Shown here: in pieces, positions 1 through 14,525 of the stretch
Position numbering within the stretch: position 1 is the stretch's first letter
How the letters are laid out: the number at the start of each line of letters is the position of its first letter
Assembly: GCF_036321535.1 (NCBI RefSeq)
Contig: NC_087436.1
Location: forward strand, 69,504,001-69,568,000
DNA from: Camelus dromedarius
Taxonomy: Eukaryota
Length of the DNA: 64,000 nt
Direction of reading: 5' to 3'
The notes under the pieces: model-generated
What the model saw: only the letters and a program-made list of their open reading frames with translations
What the model was told of the DNA's origin: nothing
Databases searched by the model: none
Made by a program: the position numbers and the translations under genes

Positions 1-1562
1 GGTATTCATGAGCAGCTTTTCTTAGATGTTAATTAATGAATAAAGGGTATTCTTTAAGTGTTCAGTGAATGCATGAATGAGTAAATGGATAGATGAATCT
101 TGAACTATTTAGACTAAAATGACTTTATTAGTCTATTATTTTGGGTCAGAAAAAATGTACTGGATGCTTGTATTTTCTTTTTACCATTATCTTCCCCCAT
201 AACTTATGCTACAGGTGTTGTTACTTTCTCCATTTTGTCAGTGATGTTATCAAAACTTAGGCAGATGTATTTATTAAAGTCATAGATGCAGGAAATGGCA
301 TAGCCTGGATAAATTCCATATCAATCTAACCACAAAGGATGTGTTCTTTACTGTACAGGCGATGTACAGACTGTTTCTCTTACTCACTCTTCCTTGAAGT
401 TGGAGAAACCATGGAATCCAGACACTGAGCTTGCCTCATCTACCTCTATACTTTAATGAGACATCATGAGATTATATCTGTTTTCACAGGACTGGGGATA
501 AAACTCTCCTTGAAGTCACATTCCACAATCTGGCATAATCAGAATTTGCCTTTTTAATAAAGAGGGTTTTTTTTTCTCAGATTCTTCCACCAGGAAAATG
601 TGTATGTATGTTCGTGTGTGTGTGTGTGTGTATCACTCTTCTTTGTTTGAATTTTTAATGCATCATTTATAATGAAAAACTCGTCTTGCCCTCTTACACT
701 AGAGTTCGTTTTGAAAAGTAGTGTTTCTGAAAATTAAAAAAAATAATTTGAAAACAATAGGACTATTTCAAGGTACAGAGAAAAACGCGTTAGAAAAATC
801 TATAATCATATAATTCTTTCAAGAGTGAGGGTTTTGCTCCACACGTTCATATGCACAATGTAGTCCTAGGGTTATGTTTACTTCCCAGCACACCAACAGA
901 AATTGTATCTCTTTCTCTCCAATTCAAGAAAGAATATTGAAGCAGCGGGTGACATTACTAGGTGGATAACAGCTTAAATTTAAGTTAATAATTTGTTAAA
1001 TTTATTATTGTTATTGTTAATAACACATTTTGACACAAACTGTATACAATAAATCACAATATACAGTATTTGCTTCAGTGAAAGTAAAGCTCTATTTTAA
1101 CAGAGGATGCTGTATTTCTCTATTGTCATCTTTCTAAGTTAAATTTAGATTCCATGTTTCTTATAATTCAGATGTTATTCTTAGGGAGCAAAAACTTCAC
1201 ATAGGGTAAAAAATGTCCTTTGTCTTGGTGAATCCTTAACAAAGTGACCACGGCTTTCTAAATGATATGAGGTCTTTAAAGAAGTTGATACTGTGTTGAG
1301 TAACATTAGGTTATTAGTGGAAAGAAGAAGGAAGCCTAGGCCAATTTGAACTGCAATTAAGACTTAGGAATAAAAAATTTAGAACGACTCACATCAGAAT
1401 TGACAAAACAGTGCCTTTTAGCAGAGTAGTAAATAGGAAGAGAAATATGTATCACGTACACAAGGTGCTCTGGTAACAAGTTTACAGGCATTATTTCCTT
1501 TAATAATTTCTAATTTAACTCAGTAACTTTTTGTGAGAGGTATTATTAGAGTCTTTATTTTA

Positions 1563-1865
<303 letters not shown>

Positions 1866-4800
1866 CTATCAGTGAGTAAAGAGACATAATCAAATAAATG
1901 GTGAACAATCAATCATTAACATAATGTGAAAAAATTAATCATAAAAATGAAAAAATCAATCATTTATACTTAGTAAAAGTAGAATAGAAATATTTTATTT
2001 ATTCTAGAGCCTATACTTTTAGTTTATATTCAAAGTACAGTAAAAATAAGCCTTGAGCTAAATATTAACAATATTTAGAGAAAAAAATTATAAAATTTAT
2101 TTTAAGCTCAATTTGTAATCCGATTTGAACTGTGAATGTTTCAGGGATCCAGTATCTTTTCCTTCTCTCTGCCTTTGTTTTTCTGTTCTTAATCAAACTT
2201 GCTTTCTTCTTTTTAATAATAATATTTAAAAACAAAAATAATCAATTTAGGGACAACTTCAGGTATGTTTGCCTTAGAGTAAAAATACTGATTAAACCTT
2301 ATTTGGACAAAAAATATTACAAATCTACTCCAATGAAGGTGCAAAGATATCAGAATCTAAATTATTCATTAACCACTGAGGATAAAAAGAACAAAATCTG
2401 AAAAATGAATCATTTTCAGATTTTAATATCATAAACTTAATATTTGTAACTTTTTAGAAAGCTAGGCCTTAATCTGCATGGATATATTTGGAAAGATTTT
2501 TAAGGAGGTAACATATAAGCGGAGTTGAGAAACAGTCACAATTTACCAAGATGCACGGTCTCCTGAGGTGTGAATTTCCAACAAAAAAATGATTAAAACT
2601 CTCGGATGGATAGGGTCTCACAATGTGTTCAAGGGAGACAAAAAGTAAAGTGGTTGGAGTCAGGATTGAGTAGTTCATAGGAGTTAGAGAGGCTATAAAT
2701 CTGGAAAGATGCACTAGGGTAAAATTGAGAAACTCCTCAGATGTCTTGCTGAAGGATTTGGACTGTATCTGTTATCCAGGAGGGAAGCAATAGTATTTAA
2801 TAATAGTCTTATTAACTGTGTGTATGTATGTCTGTGTGTGTGTGTGTGTGTGTGTGCGTGTGCACGTATGGGTATGTTTTGGCAGGGAGTTCCCTATAAG
2901 GGACGTCCTGGCAATATTCTATGTATCAGATCTCAATGAGAAAAGATTAAGATGACTACTAAAGGGGTGTCAGAGCTTAAAATAAATGAAAGTTCAGAAA
3001 CGATGATAGTGGAATAAAGGCCAAAAGAGAAGTTAGTAGTGATACTAGAAGAACCTACAGGTGGACAGGCAAATAGCAATTTCTGTTAGGGATTTAAACT
3101 GCTTGAAGAATAATCTGCCCACTGCCAAAATATCAATGATGATGTGAGTTTATAGAACAGTAGACATTAAAGCAGAGAGTGCTGCCTCCTACTGAATCTC
3201 CCTCTGCTCTGTTTCTCTTTCACATCATTGATCGGGAATTTGAGAATTGATGTAGACACTTGTCAGCCTGATAAAAATTACTAGACTTCTCTCTGAATTT
3301 AATTATATATAATTATAATTTTGTTCTATTGTTATTTTTATTAAAACAATTTATATACATACATATAAAAACATTGTCTAAAAATGACTGTGTGATGGGA
3401 GAAAAACATCTTCTATTATGTTTGATGTATGTAGCAGGTTTGAATGGAATCCAGAATATCTGGCTGATTGGGATAGACTGAAAAATCACTGTGAACAAGT
3501 TGATTAGAATAAGGTATTTTCACTGAATACGGAGGGAAAGTTTGGACAAGAGAGTATTATACTGGGGAGCAGCGTGACATGACATCTGCCTCAGCATTTG
3601 GATACCAGCCCAGCCCAGGAAACGCATTTTTTCATCCTATGGAGAAAAGGGTCTACATTCAGAAGCTAAAATTGCTCTTTTCTTAAAGCTAATAAGTGAT
3701 ACTTTGGTGTCCAAGAAGTAAAGAGAGACATTGGGTACAGAAGAACAATTTTCTCTCTTATGAAGAATTTATAACAACTCTGATTAATCTAACACTCAAG
3801 GGATATCACCACTTTTTAAAAGTGGTTTCATAAAACCACTTTAGTTTTACAGCTGTGTATTATATTGTCAGCAAATTGACATTTGTTGCCTCAAGCCTGC
3901 ATGAAGGGGAAATGGTAATGTTTAGATCACAGATTCTTTTTGGGCTGCAAACAAGTGTGATGGAGGATGGGTGCCTGGGCAGGGACTGAAAATGCAAAGG
4001 ACACACATATTGATGAGATGTGAGAAATACCCTGAGAGTTTCTCAGAAATGCCTGGAGCAAGGGAGATTTTACAGAGAGCAAGGTTTCTGTTATGCAAAG
4101 TAGGAGTGATGTCACTAAAATGTTGTTATTACTGCTCATTCATTCATTCAAGCAATCAATTATTCATACAACAAGTGACCATGAGCCCCTGTTTATGTGA
4201 CAGGTGCTATATGAGGTACTGTGGATTCAGTTATAAGAAAGAAACTTGTCTTCCATCAAGAACATGAAAGTCTACAGAGTATCCTCATTTGCATGTTCAG
4301 GCTTTTATAATTAGATAAACTTGGTTTCCACATATTTCGCAGGTGTGTGTGTGTGCATGTGTGTGAATCTGTCTGTTTTTGTGTATTTGGCTAATTTAAG
4401 TAAAATAGCCCACGAAGAGGCCTGGAACTTTGCAGCAGTATTTGAGCTACTACTAGTTCATACAGGAGACCAAACCAAATGAATGCTTAGCAGTCCCTGG
4501 ACTAAGAATGAGGAAGTAAGAACGTAAAAGAGAGGGACACATTTGAAAGATATAATAGGTTGGGAGTGTGAACCAGCAGGATGTTCAGGATATAGAGGAA
4601 CCATATCCACTGTATGAAAGCCAATGAGGACAACTAACATTCAAGCTTTGAACACTGGATGAACAAATAACATCATTAACCAAAAGAGAGAATAAAAGAA
4701 AAGTATTTCTGGTCAGAGAGAGAGAAGCAGTGGAGTTTTGTTTTGGACAAGTTAAATCAGATGGTCATTTTAGTAAAAGCATGGATTTGGATTCAGGGTA

Positions 4801-5196
4801 GAAGTTAAAATGGAGTTTTTGGTGGGTCATTAGCACAGTGGGTATGGGCATGATCACCAAAATATGGCAAGGAGTTCAAAAAGAAAAAGACTACGTGGTA
4901 GGTAGAGATGCACAGGAAGATCATGACAGTGCGATAATGCATAAAGCACAGGAGAGAGTTTCAAAAAGAAAAGATGCTCAAAAGAACACACCAGTTAAAA
5001 AAGGATAAGAGGAATAAAAATGTCACTGATTTCTCACTTATAAAGTCATTAATGATCTTAGCAAGATTTGGGTAAACAGACATGGAAAGAGGCAAAGCAA
5101 TCATTATCATTTTAGACTCCACAGATTAAGTTAAGAAAATCTGTTACTCCTTTTACCCCCAGGTGTGGTTGAGGAATTATGCAGAATGCATTTCTA

Positions 5197-5319
<123 letters not shown>

Positions 5320-5933
5320 CTAATTCCACAAGGATTCATCAAATTGAAGATTTGTTTGTGAGCAATGAGACAAATTGTACAAACATTTTGTGGAATTTAG
5401 TAATCAAGGGAGCTGAGACTATAAAGCCAATTTAAATAACTACATAGATAATCAGCCATTGATGGATGTATAAACAGTCAGATTTTTAAAAATATATAAA
5501 GAAGCACAAAAGAAGCACTTCAAATGAAAATACATTGACCTCCAGTAGGTTATACTTAGCCTCACATGGAAGAAAACTATACTTTTATGAAGTACTCATA
5601 TCAACCATTTATCTAAGTACTGTGCATGTATAACAGATCTAACTAATGATTTTGGCAGTTTAAATAATTTCTATTGTAAGCAAGGACTGAGATTAGATTT
5701 TTAGCAACTGAAAAGAGATTTGAGAATATATTCATTAAGTCAATGTTTAAGACCAGGTTTACCTACTGAATACTAGAATACCATAATAAAATACTAGATG
5801 TATTTGATTTAATTTTTTAAAATGCAATTTGAATGTACTTGTTACTGTGTTTTGAAAGGAAAATACATGCCAGTAATGATTAATAGTATTATATTACATT
5901 TTTTTTAAATTATTAATTTTAAGCCAAGGCCTA

Positions 5934-6104
<171 letters not shown>

Positions 6105-6129
6105 TTACTGAAGAAACAAATGTAACATA

Positions 6130-7510
6130 TAGGCACATAAAACAACAGATTTGAAATCCATGAAATTAAAAACAGGAAAACATTAAGAAAACTAATGAAA
6201 CCAAAAGCTGAATCTTTTAAAAAAAATCAATAAAATTGATAAACATCTATCAAGAATGGCAAAATAAATACAGAAGACACAAATTACTAACAGGAGGTAT
6301 CACAACAAATCCTGCAACTAATAAAAGAATTATAATAGTATAAAAAGATCTTCCACCTCCTATGTCATCAGGAAAATGCAAATTAAAATGATACTGAGAC
6401 ACCACTCCACACTTAGTAGAATGGCCAAAATCCAGAACACTGACATCATCATATCCTGGTGTGGATGTGGAACAACAGGAACTCTCATTCATTTCTAGTG
6501 GGAATGCCAAGTGGTACTGCTACTTTGTAAGACATTTTAGCAGTTTCTTACAAAACTTAACGTATCAATGATCCAGAAGTCGCACTACCTGGTATTTACC
6601 CAAAGGAGTTGAAAAATAAAGACCTCACAAAAACCTGCAAATGGATGTTTATATCAGCTTTATTTATAATTGCCAAAACTTGGAAGCAACCAAAGTGCCC
6701 TTCAGTAGGTGAATGGATAAACTGTGGTACCTCCAGACAATGGAATATTATTTGGCACTAAAAAGAAAATAAGTTATCAAGCCATGAAAAGGCATGAAAG
6801 AATATTAAATGCATATTACTAAGTGAAAGAATACAATCTGAAAAGGCTAAATATTGTATGATTCTAACTATATGACATTCTGGAAAAGGTAAAACCACAG
6901 AGACAATAGAAAGGTCAGTGGTTGCCAGGGTTGCAGGAGTAGGTGGGGCACAGAGGAATTAAGAGGGCAGTGAAACTGCACTGTATGATACTATAATATT
7001 ATATATACATGTCATCATGCATTTGTAAAAACCCATGGAATGAACAACAGCAGGAGTGAACCCTTATGTAAATTATGGACTTTGGGAGATAATAATGTAT
7101 CCATGTAGGTTCATCAGTTGTAACAAGTGTACCACTCCGGTGAGACGTGAGAGAGAGTGTTAAGGAGGAATCTATGGATGTGGGAGCAAAGGCTATATGG
7201 AAAATCTCTTTAACATCCTTTCAACTTCGCTGCTAATCTAAAAGTGCTTTAAAAATAAATAAAATTACTGTAAAAATAAAGTCTTAAAAGAAAGAATAAG
7301 AAGAGAATATTATTAACAACTTTTCATTACAAAATTCAACAACTCAGAATTCCTTACGTATCACAAACTAGCAAAGGTCATATAGATAACCTGAATAGCT
7401 TCACAGTTATTGAAAAAAATTGAATCTCAAATTTAAAAGTTTCCCCAAAGCGAGTATCTAGGCTGAAGTGTCTCACTAGAGAACTTTACCGAACAATTAA
7501 ATAAGTACCG
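6130..7510 (+). mobile_element. Old L1 fragments (nested L1M-type pieces)
   Basis: AAAATCAATAAAATTGATAAAC ORF2 remnant, interrupted by an L1 3' segment (6345-7290, GGAAAATGCAAATTAAA...GGAAGCAACCAAAGTGCCCTTCAGTAGGTGAATGG). Confidence 0.8.
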
Positions 7511-7798
7511 ACATCCTTATGTTGAGTTTTCAGAGAAGGTCAGAATATCTCAGACAGCTGGGAAATAAGATTAGCAATACTGTGCTGAGATAAGGATCTT
7601 GTTGCTACATCACTTTGGAAAATTTGAGTATGTAGGTTTAGGCTAACCATGTATTTTTTAAACTGAAACACTTTCATATGTAGCTCAGTTCTCATGGTAA
7701 CAAGTAAACAAAACGTTTGAGCCATTAACTTTATTACTGTGTGAATGAGAAAGAGGCAAGGGCCACACGTTAAAGAATTGACTTGTAAATGAGTATAC

Positions 7799-7896
7799 CT
7801 TGCAGTTGTTTTCCCAGAAAGACTTGGGAATGAGATCGATTGGTAGATGCGTCTTCACAAGCCGGGGTGATGGATTCTTCTCTAATTGTTCTATCC
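7799..7896 (-). CDS. SULT1B1: SULT1B1 coding exon 3 (98 nt), contains the catalytic His (KTHLP)
   Basis: Manual translation (G)IEQLEKNPSPRLVKTHLPIDLIPKSFWENNCK; ccag| acceptor, AAG|GTATAC donor; not captured in frame by the ORF track. Confidence 0.95.
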
Positions 7897-9286
7897 CTGG
7901 GAAAATTTGGTTTGATTATAGAGATACTAGAGTTTCCAAAGAGCCTGCATTTCCTGATTTTCTCAACCAACCTTTCAGGATATTTCTAAGCAGTATATAA
8001 TGCTGTCAAATTTTGAACCATTCACAAGCATTCTAAGAGGCAGTATTTTCTAATGGTTAAGAGCTTGGGTTCTGTGGTTAGCTCTTTCGTTCAAATCCTT
8101 TCATCTCTTATTTATCATTGAAACATCTGGAAGTATCTCAGTCTCTAGGCTTCACTTTCTTCACCTCCAAAATAAGGAGTAGTTATACCAACTTTAGCAA
8201 TTTGGAGTTTTATAATGTGCATTATTATAAATAATTATAAAAATGTTTTTTTATGTCAAAGAGATATTGACAGCTAGTAATTCTCACATAGACTATTATT
8301 TTGTGGCAGCTATGTTAGTATAGATGATATCCTTGTATAGCATCAGCTGCTGTATCTGCCTTTTCGTTATTTCCTTTATGTGTCATATATTATATATACA
8401 TACATATACTACATAAATACCAAATGAAATTGTTGTATAGTTTTTGGGTATTAGCTAAACTCTCCAAAGTCATACACCTAACATATGGTAGAATTTAGTT
8501 TCAAATTAAGTCTTTGGGTTAGGGATATACAAACTTCTTGAGACAGAAAGTATCCATTTATTTTCTATATTAAGAGCTGGGAAGATCCCAGGAGCCTGGA
8601 TCACTATGTAAATAACTTGCCCAGTCAGAAGGCACTTTTGGAGTAAAGGCATACTCATAGAATTTCAGACATAGACTAGGAAGAGCTGGGCTAATCCTTT
8701 TAATTTATGACTTTTTAATGGACTCAGTGGCCTTTCTCATAGCTCAGATATATCTGTTAATGATGCCATCCCCTACAGAGTCATCGATCTTAAAATCTCA
8801 ATTATAGTAGTCTCCTCCTCCAAGTCTCACATCCAATAAATCTTAGAGTCCTATGCATTTTTTTTCACAGTATTACTTATATCCAAGCTAACCTATAGAT
8901 TACCTATTAATCCTATATTATCTTCCCATCTTTTGCATACAGTGGCACACTTGCCCCACATTATACCTGACTCACTCATTCAAAGCAATACTATGCTTCA
9001 GTTATTTACAAAACTTAATTACATATGCTAAAAAGCCACTCAATTTCTAATATAGCATCCTTTTAAAAATGTTCTATACAGCACTTATTTTTGTCTGACA
9101 GTTTATATTTGTTTGTTTATTGTCAGTTCCCATACCTCTTCCCATCTTCATTCCCAAACACATGCACTGAAATGGAAATTCCATAAGAGCAGGGATGTAG
9201 CTTGTTTTGTTCACCAATAAATATTCTGGGGAGAACAGGTCATAGCACATGGTTGTATGAAGAACCCCGTAAAATCAGTGCAGATA

Positions 9287-9470
9287 GGGTTGGCAGACTT
9301 AGGAAATAAATATACAAGAATCCCAGTTAAATCTGAATTTCAGGCAGACAACAGACACCTATTAGTATAAGTATCTCCTCTGAACCATTTGGGATATACT
9401 TACACTAAATAAAAGAGCTATGTATCTGATTTTCAAATTTAATTTGGTATCCTGGATTTTATCTGGAAGC
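9287..9470. mobile_element. MER53-like palindromic MITE
   Basis: AGGGTTGGCAGA..CCCAGTTAAATCTGAATTTCAG with an inverted counterpart TTTCAAATTTAATTTGG..TTTTATCTGG. Confidence 0.7.
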
Positions 9471-10940
9471 GTTAATTATACATCTGTAAAATTCTACCAG
9501 GCATTTCATTATGCTTCCACTGGTAGCTACAACCACTTTATCCAGCATGCAGAAGTGAGAAATCACAATCTCCCACAGCGCACTCTTCCTCAATGCCATG
9601 ACGAGGAATTTTATGTCTGTTTGTTTTATGAAGTTTTCCCTATCCATTCTTTCTCTTTCCTTCCTCAACTTCACCGAAAGATTTCTCACCCTCTCCCATC
9701 TTGTAATTCTTTTGCTACGTGAAGTCCTTTCAATGAACCCTGTACATGCACAAACATGATTGCTGGGAGTACATAATGGCATTGCAAGTATTCACATTCA
9801 GGCTCCAGGGTAAATCTGAGCAACAGTTTCCTCTACTCTACCTGCTGAACCTCCCCTGCTCACTCTCTGGTGATGCCCCACAGCCTCACTCCCCACCTGC
9901 AGCCCTTGGTCTCTGCCCGTAATCCCTGACTCCCCTGTCCCTGGTTACTTAGATTCTGTCACTTGTTATTTCAGACTTTTCTATGGCTCTGGAGTCAGCG
10001 CACTCTTGCATTCATTTTGATTGCTTGTCCCAGAATAATCCTTTAGTTCTAAGCTTTATCATTTGCTTTCTGATTTTAGGCAGCCACACAGAAGGAATGA
10101 CACCTCTGTTGATCCTTCTCTGCCTATGGAAGTAAATGGCTCCCAAAGGGGAGGAATTTGGATTCTGCTCTTTAAATTTATAGATATTCACCATCATACT
10201 ACAGTCTTCTTATCCCAGGTTTCTAGCAGCGTGGGAAAGGCAGGCCTTGCTTTTTGAACCCTTATCACTTGCCTACAGAACACCACACCCTGCTGATTCT
10301 TTCTTAGCTCACTGAGTATTTCTTGAAAATTACAAGCCCTACGTGATTTCTGTCTAGTCTCCAATTGTTCTCACTTTTCCTGTCTTTCATTGTTGTTGTG
10401 GTGGTGGGTTTTTTTCAGTCCCTGGACTAAACCAAGGTCTTTTCTGCATCTAGGGCCTCATACCCACAAGTCCTGAAATATGCTTTCTCCAACTACATGT
10501 GTGGCTTTAGGTCTCCATTCACAGTTGATATCCCTGAATATCCAATTGAAAGAAAACTCTCCTCTTGTTCTCTTTAGAGCCCTATTCTTTGGATACATTG
10601 ACCAATAATATTCATGTATTGTTAGTTTATTTACTTGTTTAATGTCATAATATTATTGCAAGCTCCTTGTGGGCAGGGCATCTAATTTCCTGATCACTTT
10701 ATATCTAGCCCATAACATAGTGCCTAGTTCTTAGAAACGATGAATAAATATTTGTAGAATGAAAAATGAATTCAATTAATAATAAGTTTTATATTTTGAG
10801 AGGCATTGGTATTTCTTTACTTATTTAATTTCAGCAATGTCCAAAATTAAGAAATTATTGTCCTAATCTGGTAAATTCTGCACAAAAAAACTCAGTAAAA
10901 GACAAGAAACATTTTTGCCTATCAACCAAAATTTTAGTTA

Positions 10941-11186
<246 letters not shown>

Positions 11187-11280
11187 CTACTATCTTAATA
11201 TATTCTCTTAGAAACTTAATTCTGCAGTTTCCCGTTCTATGCCTAAATGCCCTTTTTAGTATACTCAAAGTAGATGGCTA

Positions 11281-11901
11281 CGAGACAGGAAGGGGGCAGG
11301 GCACAGCCATTCAAGGAATGCTACAGCGAATAACATCAAAATGGTGGAAGAGTCAACCCCCAGCAGGCCCTGAGGCTCAAGATGGTGGGAGATTTGACTT
11401 CTAGTAGACCTTGAGCTTCATTAAATGCTTATTGTAATATGTTAGCATGGTGAATAGCAGGCACCATGGCAGCCCCAAGGCTAGCCACAAAAGGTCCAAG
11501 AGTGGGAAATGGCCACCTTCCTGGGAATCCCAGCCCCTTCCCCAGGCTAGTTAGACTGGTCCTTCCACTGATTTGCATATGAAGCTACCAAAGCCCATAA
11601 AAATGGGCAACACTGCCCCTCATGGGCCCGGCCTCTTTCTCTCCATTTGTCGGGAGATGGCCCACACTCTCTGTGGAATGTGTACCTACTTTTAATCTGA
11701 GTACCCAACCCCCACACCTCGTGGCCTTTCTCTTGCCTTTCTCTTGCCTGAATAAATCTTCCTTCACTCAACTGTGACTCATTCTTGAATTCTTTCCTGT
11801 GTGAAGCCAAGGACCCACACTTGGCGTGGCACATCCCAGGGGCTCAACCAAAGCCTGGGACACAGCCCTTCTCACGCCCCACATCTGGTTTTCTTGAATC
11901 A
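11281..11901 (+). mobile_element. ERV1-type solo LTR in a SULT1B1 intron
   Basis: 621-bp GC-richer block, (C)G...CA termini, 4-bp TSD GCTA (11277-11280 and 11902-11905), TATA-like CATAAAA ~11597, AATAAA ~11751. Confidence 0.85.
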
Positions 11902-12021
11902 GCTATACTGACTGCTAAGAATGCTAATTTTATTTAGAACATTAATGATTTTGTAGAGAAGCTAATTTTCAGGAAATAAAAGTCAAAGTCAGACCCACAT
12001 TTGTCTGGGAAAAAAACTCAC

Positions 12022-12169
12022 CTGATTTGGGGTAAGTGGCTATCACTATGTCATCCCGCCTACTTTGGAACTGTTCAATCTTTTCCAAGCCACTTGCAAA
12101 AGCGTAGGTGATGGGACAGCCACGGACTATCTTCAGATTTTTTCTCAGGACGTCATTTTGGGAAGTCAT
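12022..12169 (-). CDS. SULT1B1: Sulfotransferase 1B1, coding exon 1 (148 nt)
   Basis: ATG at 12169; MTSQNDVLRKNLKIVRGCPITYAFASGLEKIEQFQSRRDDIVIATYPKS-G resembles the SULT1B1 N-terminus and PSB loop; donor CAG|GTGAGT. Confidence 0.95.
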
Positions 12170-13387
12170 TTTTGTTTCAGATTGTACGAATACTTAATAG
12201 AATATTTGCACAATCAAATCATGGAGAAATAAAGAGGATAAAAGTCAAAAGCTAAATAAGTAACGTTATTCTTAAGACTTTGTAACTTGACACAGAGCAA
12301 AGTTGGTCTTTAACCACTGAACACCAGAGGTCTAAATACAAAGGGCATTTTTATGCGCATACAGCTGTGGATTGCAAGAGTAGCAGCTGGCTCTGTGACA
12401 AGCAGAACAAAGGTCTTTAGTGGAGGCTTTGGACAGAAATGGAGCTGCATGTATTACTTTGAATTAAAAAAATCACATTTCATAGAAATATGCGAAAAAT
12501 ACCTGGAAAAATAAACCTATCACTTATCATTACACTTCAGTTGCACTTCATTTTTTCTTACAGGAAACTTGTCTTTTTTACCTTTGATCTTCTGTATATA
12601 ATGCATTTGCTTTCGCTGTCTGCTTCTAAGATATCCTTTCTTTATCATTAGTTTCGGGCAATTAAATTATGGCATACCTTGGTGTGGTTATGGTCCCAGG
12701 TTTATATGTGTCCCGGTGCTTCAAGTTTATTGAGCTTCTGAGAATTGGGCATGTATAGCATTTACAGTCGTTATTTCTTCAAATTATTTTTTTCTGTCTT
12801 TCTCTCTTCCTTCTGAGACTCCAGGACACATAAAGTTGTTCACAGCTCACTTAAGCTCTATTCACTTTTAAAAATCTTTTTTTCCCTCTCTTTGTGTTTC
12901 ATTTTGGATAACATCTATGGCTATTTCTTCATATTCACTAACTTTTCCCTTTGCAATGTGTACTCTGATGTTAATCCCATCCAATGCATTTTTCCCTCAG
13001 ACATTGTAGATTTCATCTCCAGAAGATGATTTTGTGAATGATTATACTTCTCCTGTCTCAACTTTTTAGCATTTTGAATATACAAATAGTGACAGTTTAA
13101 TGTCTTTATTTGCTAATTCTGACATCCATGTAAATTCAAGGTTGTTTTCAATTGACTAAATTTCCTTCCACTATGGTTGCCTTCTTCTGCTAGTCATTCT
13201 TGATATTTTTTATTAGATGCCTGGTGTTGTGTCTGGGGTTTTCCTTCCTGTGCTATTGCCTGGGAATTCTCGCAAGGCAGTTAGCTGGGGAAATTGTAGG
13301 GCTTCTTTTGTTTTCTATCCACTGTTGTTCATTGTGGTTGTTTCCAGGGCAAATTTATTTTTTGTTACTCTATCCTGGTTAGAAGCT

Positions 13388-13890
13388 ACGATGATTAATT
13401 TTATGTGTCAACTTGATTGGGCTATGAGATGCTCAAATACTTGGTCAAATATTATTCTGGGTGTTTCTGTGAGGGTATATTAGGATGATATTAACATGTA
13501 AATCGGTGTCTTAAATAGAGCAGATTGTTCTGTCTAATGTGGGTGGGCCTTATTTAATCATTTGAAGGCCTGACTAGAACAAAATGTCTGAGTAAGAAAG
13601 AATCAGGCTTCCTGCCTGATGACCTTTAAACTGTAACATCAGTTTTTTTTCCCTGCCTCCAGAATGGAACTAAAACGCTGGCTTTTCCTGGATTTGCAGC
13701 CTGGCAGCTTTTGACCTGGAACCATACCACTAGCTCTTCTGTTCTTGGGCTTTCAGACTCAGACTGGAACTAATTCATCAGCTATTCTAGGTCTGTGGCT
13801 TGCCAATTCATCCTGTAGATCGCGGGACTTGCCTCCCTCTAAAATCACCTAAGCCAATTACTTATAATACATCTCTTTATGTGTATACAC
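13388..13890 (+). mobile_element. MLT2 (ERVL) LTR
   Basis: Starts GATGATTAATTTTATGTGTCAACTTGATTGGGCT, matching the MLT2 5' consensus. Confidence 0.8.
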
Positions 13891-14016
13891 ATAATATAAA
13901 AATTGCTTTTTATACTCTTTGATTAATAACTATTCTTATCATAATAATCCTAATAATACTAAACTTGAATTAGAATCTCATTGATCTGCTAAGGTTCTCA
14001 TTGTGTCTTGATAGAC

Positions 14017-14055
14017 TATTAGTCAGGGTTCTCCAGAGAAACAGAATCAATAGGA

Positions 14056-14097
<42 letters not shown>

Positions 14098-14525
14098 ATG
14101 CAGGCAAAGGAGAGAGAGAGGTAAAGAGAGAGGGGTGAGAATTTACTTACATGATTGTAGAGGTAGACAAATTCCAAGATCTGCAGTTAGCAAGCTGGAG
14201 ACACAGGACAGCCAATGTTGTCGTTTCTATCTGAAAGCCAGCAGGCTAGAGACCCAAGGAGAACTAATACTTTAGTTCAAGTATGAAGGTAGGCAGGAGA
14301 AATTCCCCTTACTCCCAGGAAGGTCTGCCTTTTTATGCTACTCAAGTCTTCAGCTGAGTGGATAAGGCCCATTCACGCTAGGGAGGGCAATTTGTCTTAC
14401 TCAGTCTACCAATTCGAACACTAATCTCATCCAGAAATATACTAACAGACACACCTGGAATGTTTGAACAAATATCTGGGCTCTCTATGGTCCAATCAAG
14501 TTGACACACAAAACTGACCATCACA
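14017..14525 (-). mobile_element. MLT2 (ERVL) LTR, opposite orientation, with internal (CA)n
   Basis: TATTAGTCAGGGTTCTCCAGAGAAACAGAA ... CAAGTTGACACACAAAACTGACCATCACA is the reverse complement of MLT2 ends. Confidence 0.8.
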
